From: Candidatus Eiseniibacteriota bacterium
GTDB taxonomy: Bacteria; Eisenbacteria; RBG-16-71-46; CAZEPH01
Length of the DNA stretch: 23,053 nt
Direction of reading: 5' to 3'
Assembly (NCBI GenBank): GCA_044229145.1
Contig: JBGATO010000057.1
Span: 1 to 23,053, forward strand
Part shown: positions 1 through 6,771 of the stretch, piece by piece
Layout: each line of letters opens with the position of its first letter
Position numbering within the stretch: position 1 is the stretch's first letter
Program-made: the position numbers and the translations under genes
The notes under the pieces: model-generated
Told to the model about the DNA's origin: nothing
What the model saw: only the letters and a program-made list of their open reading frames with translations
Database searches by the model: none

Positions 1-900
1 GAGGCGGCGCGTCGCCTGCGCGGCGGCGCGCAGACGGAAGCCGGCGCGTTCGGCGAGCTGCCGCACCGCGGCGTCGAGCACGCGCGCGTCGTTGGTGTCG
101 ACGCCGAGCGCCTGCGTTTCGACGAGATCGCGCGGCCGCGCGTCGCGCGGCTCCACCGGCGCCCAGTCGATGCCCTGCGCGCGCTCGTGCAGTGTGCGCG
201 CCGGCGGTCCGAACACGCGCGCCAGCACCGGCAGCTCGATCGCCGCCAGATGACCGACCAGCCGCACGTTGAGGTCGCGCAGCAAGCGCCCTTCGGTGCG
301 ATCGCCGACGCCGGGTAGCCGCGGCGTCGGCAGCGGCGCCAGGAAGCGCGCCTCCCAGCCGGGCAACACGTCGCGCAACGGCTCGCGCCGCCGCGCTTCC
401 TCCGCCGCGATGCCGCTCACCAGCTTGTTGATCGCCACGCCGATGGTGCCTTCGAGGCCGATGCGCTCCGCCACCCGGCGCCGCGCGCGCAGCCCGAGAT
501 CGACCACCGGCCCGAGGCCGTCGCGCCGCGGCGCCACGCCAGTCACGTCGACGAAGAAGCGGCCGCGCTGCGCCGGCTCCACCAGCGGCGACAGCTCGCC
601 GAGGGCGCGCGCGATGTCGGCGGCGATGGCGTCGTAGGTGGCGGCGTCGGGCGGCAGGAACTCGGCGTCGGGGCAGAGCCGGCGCGCCGCCGAGACCGCC
701 ATGCCCATCGTCAGCCCGGCGCCGGCCGCTTCGTCCGAGATCGCGAGCAGCGGCGCGCGCGGCGACAGCGGCGAGGCGATCGCCACCGGACGCCCGCGCA
801 GCGGCGGCCATCGCAACCGCTCGACCGCGACGGCGAACGCCGCGACCTCGAGGGCGATGACGCGGCGGTCGTCCCGCGCCGGTGGGACCGAAGGGCACAT
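1..900 (-). CDS. imuB: Y-family DNA polymerase homolog, ImuB-like (catalytically inactive DinB paralog); 3' end outside the window
   Basis: Not in the ORF track. My translation from ATG at 900: MCPSVPPARDDRRVIALEVAAFAVAVERLRWPPLRGRPVAIA...GLTMGMAVSAARRLCPDAEFLPPD...LSPLVEPAQRGRFFVDVTG...GVAINKLVSGIA...LPGVG...GIDWAPV. DinB fold motifs are present, but DMDAF has become EVAAF and SIDE has become QRGR. Confidence 0.85.
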   Translation of the reverse strand, partial: MCPSVPPARDDRRVIALEVAAFAVAVERLRWPPLRGRPVAIASPLSPRAPLLAISDEAAGAGLTMGMAVSAARRLCPDAEFLPPDAATYDAIAADIARALGELSPLVEPAQRGRFFVDVTGVAPRRDGLGPVVDLGLRARRRVAERIGLEGTIGVAINKLVSGIAAEEARRREPLRDVLPGWEARFLAPLPTPRLPGVGDRTEGRLLRDLNVRLVGHLAAIELPVLARVFGPPARTLHERAQGIDWAPVEPRDARPRDLVETQALGVDTNDARVLDAAVRQLAERAGFRLRAAAQATRRL

Positions 901-936
901 GTGTGCAGTATAAATCGCGCACTCGGTTCCCGGCAA
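901..936 (-). promoter_or_regulatory. sigma70-type promoter of a leaderless imuB-like gene, overlapped by a palindrome
   Basis: TTGCCG (936-931), 18 nt, TATACT (912-907), 6 nt, ATG (900); no SD. Palindrome GTGTGC-N10-GCGCAC at 901-922. Confidence 0.65.
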
Positions 937-1085
937 GACGGTGCCGTCGGGCGGCCGCCGAGAGTGCGGGCTGGCGCGGCACGGGGCTTGCCTCCCTCGT
1001 CCTCACCTTCCCTCGATCCCGTTCGCTAACTCATTGACCGACAACGGCCCGCATGCCGCAGGGCGCAGGAGGAAAGAGGCGCACA

Positions 1086-2096
1086 ATGCACACGACTCTG
1101 CAGTTTGCACGCCGCGCGGCCCTGGCGGGAGCGGCGCTCGCGGCCGTCGTCCTGGTCGCTGGCTGCGATCTGACGACGGCGCCGCTCGACGGATCCGGCG
1201 GCGGCACGCAGGCGGATCCAGTGGTGCTTGCCGGGATCACCGCGGCGCTCGACACCACGGATTTCACCGCGAGTCTGTCGATCGACTCGGACACCGGGGA
1301 GGACGCGTGGGCGGCGTTTGCGCCGGGCTCCGCCGGCGCGGAGCTCACGCACGAACGGGCGAACTTCCGCCGCGAGGTGACCTCCAGCACGCGGCACTAC
1401 GAGATCACCGCACTGGGAGACACCGCCACCGTGCTGCTCACCGAGGATCGCACCGGCGTCTTCCACGTCCGTGCGGATTCGGTGACCACCCTCGACCGAC
1501 CCTTCACCGACCACGCCGAGCGGTCGGTGCGCGCGGTGTGGGTGGCAGGTGTCCGGCCCGGCCACGACAGCACCGAGACGGGCGGCGACAGCACTTCCAC
1601 CGGGCGTCACGACAACGGCCAACGCAGCTCGCACTGGCGCGTGCTGTCTTCGACCGTGCTCAACCGCTGGTCCACCAGCGTCGAGTCGCCTGTCCAGATC
1701 CTCTCTGTCGAGCTCAAGCCGGAGAACGAACCCGCCGTGCGGGTGGAGGATCCCACGCTCCTGGTGAGCGCGGATCAATGGCCGCGTTTCCCGAGCGGGC
1801 GCACCACGTCGGTCACCGTGCGCGTGGCGAACGCCACTGCTGGAACCCAGGTGCTGCTGCACGACCGTTTCGAGAAGAGCGGCCGCCGGATCGGCCTGGT
1901 GCCGGATTCTGCTGACCCGACGATCTTCCGCGGGACGTGGCGGCCGAGTTCATCCGGGGACGGCGAGCGGGACTGGCGGCGCATGCTGACGGTGGACGTC
2001 GCCGACGGCACGACGCTCTCCGCCGATGTGGGCGCCGCGTACAACGCGCGGCAGTGGGTGATTCCGGTTGCCTTCACCCGTCCGCGACGGCTGTAG
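1086..2096 (+). CDS. Lipoprotein of unknown function (paralog A), 336 aa
   Basis: ATG at 1086 follows AGGAGGAAAGAGG; signal peptide with lipobox LVAG-C; many motifs shared with 2483..3460. Confidence 0.8.
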   Translation: MHTTLQFARRAALAGAALAAVVLVAGCDLTTAPLDGSGGGTQADPVVLAGITAALDTTDFTASLSIDSDTGEDAWAAFAPGSAGAELTHERANFRREVTSSTRHYEITALGDTATVLLTEDRTGVFHVRADSVTTLDRPFTDHAERSVRAVWVAGVRPGHDSTETGGDSTSTGRHDNGQRSSHWRVLSSTVLNRWSTSVESPVQILSVELKPENEPAVRVEDPTLLVSADQWPRFPSGRTTSVTVRVANATAGTQVLLHDRFEKSGRRIGLVPDSADPTIFRGTWRPSSSGDGERDWRRMLTVDVADGTTLSADVGAAYNARQWVIPVAFTRPRRL

Positions 2097-2173
2097 CTGG
2101 CGCGCCGTGACGGCGGGTATTGCGGTGCGCCGCCACGTAACACGACTGTCAGAGAGATGGCGGGCGCCCCGCG

Positions 2174-2314
2174 AAAAAAATCGACCTGTCACGGGAACAC
2201 CCATGTGGCAGGTGGACTCAGTAAGCCGTGCAAGGAGCCTCTGCGTGTCGGACCCCGGTGAGCCTGGGGAGACTCACCGGACCGGCACGCAAGGCTCGTC
2301 TTGCCAACGGCCTT
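2174..2314. ncRNA. Candidate structured RNA: 87-nt long hairpin (2225-2311) plus a second hairpin (2184-2213) next to an A7/U7 tract
   Basis: Nested pairings GCCGT/ACGGC, GCAAG/CTTGC, GAGCCT/AGGCTC, TGCGTGTCGG/CCGGCACGCA, CCGGTGAG/CTCACCGG. Second stem ACCTGTCAC/GTGGCAGGT; A7 at 2174-2180. Strand uncertain. Confidence 0.5.
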
Positions 2315-2482
2315 GCAGTCATAGCGCGGCGCCCGTGCCACGCGGATACCCCAATCCGGCAGTTGCCTCCCACCCCGCACGACGCCGATCCCCGCGACCG
2401 CGACACCGTAGAACCGTCATCTTCGACGATCGCGTGACGAGAGCGCGAACCTCCGCGTTCGCCTCGGGAAAGGATCCGACTC

Positions 2483-3460
2483 ATGACCATCACACGTCTT
2501 CGCATTGCCGCGGTGTGCGCGCTCTTGCCGGTCGCGCTCGCGGTGGGAGGCTGTCAGGACGTCCTCACTTCACCGCCCGGCACCACAGGCGGCCCGACGA
2601 CGCCCGGCACCAGCAGCGGCAACCCGCAGGAAATCGCTCAGATCCAGCAGACCATCGACGCGGAGGACTACACCGCGCCCGGCACCGTGGACTCCGATTT
2701 CGAGATCGTCGGGGGCACGTCTCTGACGTCGCCTTCGATGGGGCTCGACTTCGGCGCGGATTCGGCCGGCAGCGACTCCCTGCTGATGTTCCACCGCATC
2801 GTCCTCAACTCGACGCGCTCGCGCATCGTGACGCAGAGCGGTGATTCCGCGAGCGTCGTCATCACCGAGGACCGCAGCGGCACCCTGAAGCTCGGACAGC
2901 GCCGGACCGGCGTGCAGCTCGAGCGGCCGTTCGCCGATCATGGCATGCGGACCGCGACGCTGGTGAAGCGCCACGGCCGCTGGATGGTGACGGCGTCGTC
3001 GTTCCTCGATCGCGCGTCCACCTCGGTGAGCGCGCCGGTGCACGTCGACTATGTCGAATTCACGCCGCGAGACGGCAACGCTATGGTCTTCACCGATGCG
3101 TCGCAGCTTCTGACGCGGGACGCCTGGCCGACCATGCCGGTGCGGACCGTTGACATCACGGTGAAGATCAGTGGCGCGGGCGAGGCCGGCGCCCGCGTCT
3201 TCCTCCACGACCGCTACGGCGAGGGTGTGGCCGAGCACCACAAGATGGAGCTCGTGCGCGACGCAGCGGATCCGACCCTGTTCCACGGCACGTGGATGCC
3301 GAACCCGCGGCGAGAGGGCGAAGAGCGCGCGTGGCGGCGACTGCTCACCATCGATGCATTCGACGCCACGACGCTGAGCCTCGACGCCAGCGCCGCGTAC
3401 AACGCCCATCAGTGGGTGGTGCCGGTGGCGTTCCACCGCGCCAGGACGTCCGGCACGTAG
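2483..3460 (+). CDS. Lipoprotein of unknown function (paralog B), 325 aa
   Basis: GGAAAGGA upstream; lipobox VGG-C; shared motifs TEDRSG, LERPFADH, LHDR, DPTLFHGTW, WRRLLTID, YNAHQWVVPVAF. Confidence 0.85.
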   Translation: MTITRLRIAAVCALLPVALAVGGCQDVLTSPPGTTGGPTTPGTSSGNPQEIAQIQQTIDAEDYTAPGTVDSDFEIVGGTSLTSPSMGLDFGADSAGSDSLLMFHRIVLNSTRSRIVTQSGDSASVVITEDRSGTLKLGQRRTGVQLERPFADHGMRTATLVKRHGRWMVTASSFLDRASTSVSAPVHVDYVEFTPRDGNAMVFTDASQLLTRDAWPTMPVRTVDITVKISGAGEAGARVFLHDRYGEGVAEHHKMELVRDAADPTLFHGTWMPNPRREGEERAWRRLLTIDAFDATTLSLDASAAYNAHQWVVPVAFHRARTSGT

Positions 3461-3521
3461 GCAGGGAGGTTGAACCGTTCACGGAAGCCATGCGTGGGGC
3501 CAGACGTGAGCGGACAAGCCG

Positions 3522-3547
3522 AGGGGTGGGTCGCGAGACCCACCCCT
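3522..3547. terminator. Hairpin between convergent genes, probable terminator
   Basis: Perfect 11-bp stem AGGGGTGGGTC/GACCCACCCCT with a GCGA (GNRA) loop; little U-tract. Confidence 0.6.
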
Positions 3548-3576
3548 TCGTGCATGCCGTGTGGCCGGCGCCCGGA

Positions 3577-4845
3577 CTAGTCGGTGACGCGCCGCACCAC
3601 GAGCGCGGCGTTGATGCCGCCGAAGCCGATCGACGTCTTGAGCAGCGTCGAGTGTGCGGCGGCCCGTGCCGCGTTCGGCACGACATCGAGAACGCACTCC
3701 GGATCCGGCGTCTCGTAGTTGATGGTCGGCGGGACGATTTGGTGTTCGAGGCCGAGGAGGCCGCCGATCAACTCCACGCTGCCGGCCGCGCCGAGCAAGT
3801 GCCCCACCATCGACTTCACCGCCGACACCGGCACCTGCTCCGCGCGCTCGCCGAGCGTCTGGTGCAGCACGCGGGCTTCCATGGCGTCGTGTGCCGGCAT
3901 CGATAGGCCGGTGGCGTTGACCGCGTCGATCTCGTGCGACATCACGCCGGCGTCGAGCAGCGCGATCTGAATGCAGCGCGCCGCATTGCGGCCGCCGGCG
4001 CGGCGCTCCTCGAAGTACAGCGGATCGCAGGTCGACGCGTAGCCGATCAACTCGCCGTAAATGTGCGCGCCGCGTTGCCGCGCGTGCTCGAGTTCCTCGA
4101 CCACCAAGATGCCGCCGCCTTCGCCGAGCACGAAGCCATCGCGGCCGGCGTCGAACGGCCGCATCGCGTGACGCGGATCGTCGTTGCGGCGCGACAGCAG
4201 GCCGGTCATGCAGAAGGCGCTCTGCATCGACTCATGGATCGGCGACTGCGCGCCGCCGGTGATCACGACGTCGAGTTCGCCGTAGCGCACCGCGCGCATC
4301 GCGTGGCCGATCGAGTCGAGCGCCGACGACCCGGTGGTGGTCAACGTCAACGACGGGCCGGCGATCTGGAACTCGATCGAGATCTGCGACGCGCACGCTT
4401 CGGGGAACGCGCGCAGCGAAGCTTCCGGCGTGATCTTGCTCCACATCTCGGAGGCGTTGTCGCCGGAGTGTTGCGCCATGACGTAGTCGTAGTCGTACTG
4501 CCCGCGGCTCGTCCCGACGATGACGCCGATGCGGTCCATGTCCACGGTGCCGACATCGAGTGCGGCATCGTCGATGGCCATGCGCGCCGACGCGACACCG
4601 AACACCGCGGTGCGATCCATGTGCTTGGCGCGTTTGCGCGTCATGAACTGCAGCGGGTCGAACTCGCGCACCTCCGCCGCGATCTGCGACGGAAACGCCG
4701 ACGGATCGAAGTGCGAGATGCGGTCGACGGCGGAGGTCCCGGCCGCGAGGCCGTTCCAGAACGCCTCCTTGCCGACACCGATCGGCGTCACCGCGCCGAT
4801 GCCGGTGACCACGACGCGACGGCGCGCCGCGAGCGGTCCGCTCAT
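3577..4845 (-). CDS. Ketosynthase (FabF/type II PKS-like) homolog lacking the catalytic Cys and first His; CLF/KS-beta-like
   Basis: Full KS motifs (VVVTGIGAVTPIG, RPFDAGRDGFVLGEGGG, KSMVGHLLGAAG, GFGGINAALV). TCSS has become TGSS (codon 4332-4330) and NAHG has become NATG (codon 3912-3910). SD GGAG present. Confidence 0.9.
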   Translation of the reverse strand: MSGPLAARRRVVVTGIGAVTPIGVGKEAFWNGLAAGTSAVDRISHFDPSAFPSQIAAEVREFDPLQFMTRKRAKHMDRTAVFGVASARMAIDDAALDVGTVDMDRIGVIVGTSRGQYDYDYVMAQHSGDNASEMWSKITPEASLRAFPEACASQISIEFQIAGPSLTLTTTGSSALDSIGHAMRAVRYGELDVVITGGAQSPIHESMQSAFCMTGLLSRRNDDPRHAMRPFDAGRDGFVLGEGGGILVVEELEHARQRGAHIYGELIGYASTCDPLYFEERRAGGRNAARCIQIALLDAGVMSHEIDAVNATGLSMPAHDAMEARVLHQTLGERAEQVPVSAVKSMVGHLLGAAGSVELIGGLLGLEHQIVPPTINYETPDPECVLDVVPNAARAAAHSTLLKTSIGFGGINAALVVRRVTD

Positions 4846-4938
4846 CGTGCACTCCGCAGAACTGCAGGGCGAATCATGAGGTCTCCGAGCCGGCGTCGGC
4901 GTCTCGATCCGTGAGACGCATCGCCGGCGGCGCCGCGA

Positions 4939-6204
4939 TCAACTCGCGGCGCGCAGGACGAGAGCGGAGTTCTTTCCGCCGAATCCGAATGAGTTCTTGA
5001 GCACCGTGCGCACGGTGGCCGGGCGCGCGACGTTGGGCACGTAGTCCAAATCGCATTCCGGGTCGGGTGTGTGCAAGTTAATCGTCGGCGGAATGGTCTG
5101 GTGCTCCATCGCCAAACACGACGCGATGACCTCCGCCGAGCCCGCGGCGCCTATCAAGTGCCCGATCATCGACTTCACCGAACTCACCGGAATCTTGTAC
5201 GCGTGCTCGCCGAGCGTGTCTTTGAGTACCTTGGTCTCGGTCTTGTCGTTGAGCGGCGTCGCGGTGCCGTGCGCGTTGACGTAGTCGATCTCGGTCGGGT
5301 CGATGCCGGCGTCCTTGATCGCCAGGCTCACGGCGCGCGCGGCGTCGCGGCCGTCGGGCTTGGGGTTCGTCATGTGGTAGGCGTCGCAGGTGGCGGCGTA
5401 GCCGAGGATCTCGGCGTAGATGCGTGCGCCGCGCGCCAACGCGTGCTCACGTTCCTCGACGACCAGGATGCCGGCGCCTTCGCCCATCACGAAGCCGTCG
5501 CGCTCCTTGTCGAACGGGCGACTGGCGGCGGTGGGTTCGTCATTGCGCGTCGACATGCCGCGCAGCATGCAGAACGCCGACACCAGCGGCTGCGAGATCG
5601 GCGCCTGCGCGCCGCCCGCGAACACCGCGTCGAGTTCGCCGTAGCGGATCGCCTTGTACGCGTGGCCGAGGCCGTCGAGCGCACTCGAGCACGTCTCGGC
5701 GAAGGTGAGCGACGGGCCGTAGATGCCGAGTTCCATCGAGATCTGCGACGCGCACGCTTCGGGGAACGCCATGAGGCCGACGCGCGGGTCGGTGCCGTCC
5801 CACGTCTTTCCGCCCTCGTAGAGTGCGTGGTTGGCGAGGATGAAGTCGTAGTCGTAGACGCCGAGCGTGGTGCCGAACATCACGCCGATGCGGTCGATGT
5901 CTTCCTTCGACACGTCGAGCTGCGCGTCGTCGGCGGCCATGCGCGCGGCCGACACGCCGTAGTGCGAGGTGCGGTCCATGTGCTTCGCGCGCTTCGCCGT
6001 GATGAAGTCGGTCGGGCGGAAGTCGTCGATTTGGCCGGCGATGCGCGTCGGGAACGGGGCCGGGTCGAACCGCGTGATCGGCTTGATACCGGAGGTGCCG
6101 GAGACCAGCGCCTGCCAGAACGCGTCGCGCCCGATGCCATTGGGGGCGACGATACCCAGCCCGGTGATCACCGCGCGGCGCGGTTGCCCGTTGCTCGAAG
6201 CCAT
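4939..6204 (-). CDS. fabF: Beta-ketoacyl-ACP synthase II family (FabF/KS-alpha-like), intact Cys-His-His triad, 421 aa
   Basis: ATG at 6204 after GGAGAACCAC; motifs ETCSSALD, YVNAHGTATPLND, KSMIGHLIGAAG, NSFGFGGKN. The symbol is a family-level label. Confidence 0.88.
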   Translation of the reverse strand: MASSNGQPRRAVITGLGIVAPNGIGRDAFWQALVSGTSGIKPITRFDPAPFPTRIAGQIDDFRPTDFITAKRAKHMDRTSHYGVSAARMAADDAQLDVSKEDIDRIGVMFGTTLGVYDYDFILANHALYEGGKTWDGTDPRVGLMAFPEACASQISMELGIYGPSLTFAETCSSALDGLGHAYKAIRYGELDAVFAGGAQAPISQPLVSAFCMLRGMSTRNDEPTAASRPFDKERDGFVMGEGAGILVVEEREHALARGARIYAEILGYAATCDAYHMTNPKPDGRDAARAVSLAIKDAGIDPTEIDYVNAHGTATPLNDKTETKVLKDTLGEHAYKIPVSSVKSMIGHLIGAAGSAEVIASCLAMEHQTIPPTINLHTPDPECDLDYVPNVARPATVRTVLKNSFGFGGKNSALVLRAAS

Positions 6205-6384
6205 GTGGTTCTCCACGTAGGTTCTGGATCGCGCGTCCAGCATCCGGCCGGACGAGAAGGGTCGGCGACCCGGTTGGTATCGACCGGCGCCCTGTGTTCT
6301 CCAGTCATAAGAGGCGCGAACGGCCGGATGAGGCTCACCCCGGCAGGGATCCGTCGTCGCCCCGCGCGGGGGAGATGGCCGGGA

Positions 6385-6414
6385 AGTCTAAGCGGCACAG
6401 AGGGATCCGGTCAA
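6385..6414 (-). promoter_or_regulatory. sigma70-type promoter for the KS pair, giving a leader of about 175 nt
   Basis: TTGACC (6414-6409), 18 nt, TAGACT (6390-6385). Confidence 0.55.
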
Positions 6415-6524
6415 GGAATGGACCCGCGCGGCGGGCCGTGGCCCGGCGGTGAGGCGGTGACCCGACGCGTATACTCGGGCCACGCGCGGCCGCCGTGGCC
6501 GACACCACCGACGAGGACCCGACG

Positions 6525-6737
6525 ATGCACATCGAGATCATCTACTGCACCGAGTGAGACTACTCGCCCGAGGCCACCAGTTTGGCGGCCGCCATCAAAG
6601 CAGCGAAGGGCATCGACGCCACGCTGACGCAAGGCCACAAAGGCGTGTTCGACGTGATCGCCGACGGCAAGGTGATCTACTCGAAACGCAACACGGGGCG
6701 CTTTCCGGAAGACGACGAAGTGCTGCGGCAGTTGTGA
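6525..6737 (+). CDS. Rdx/SelW-family selenoprotein (CxxU), 70 aa
   Basis: MHIEIIYCTE-U(TGA 6555-6557)-DYSPEATSLAAAIKAAKGIDATLTQGHKGVFDVIADGKVIYSKRNTGRFPEDDEVLRQL. Rdx motifs IxYCxxU, GxFDV and SK...GRFP; SD GAGGA; TATACT at 6470-6475; downstream terminator. Confidence 0.92.
6572..6590 (+). promoter_or_regulatory. Bacterial SECIS element
   Basis: GGCCACCA-GTT-TGGCGGCC stem-loop with a G-first apical loop about 23 nt downstream of the in-frame UGA. Confidence 0.75.
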
Positions 6738-6743
6738 CTCACG

Positions 6744-6770
6744 CGGGGCGACGCCACCGTCGCCCCGTTT
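6744..6770 (+). terminator. Intrinsic terminator after the selenoprotein gene, possibly bidirectional
   Basis: 10-bp stem CGGGGCGACG/CGTCGCCCCG, CCAC loop, followed by TTT. Confidence 0.7.
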
Positions 6771-6771
6771 C

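Noticed and set aside
2225..2311. SRP (4.5S) or 6S RNA identity for the long hairpin
   Set aside because: It lacks the SRP domain IV CAGG..GGAA..AGCAG motif, and it is too short for 6S, with no central bubble.
6290..6312. ZMP/ZTP riboswitch suggested by minus-strand ATGACTGGAGAA
   Set aside because: The other consensus elements (GUGG/CCAC stem, 3' GCCYGG pseudoknot partner) were not found, and the gene context does not fit.
6525..6557. Nonsense-mutated pseudogene reading of the Rdx gene
   Set aside because: The TGA is at the canonical Sec position and is followed by a SECIS-like hairpin and intact downstream motifs.
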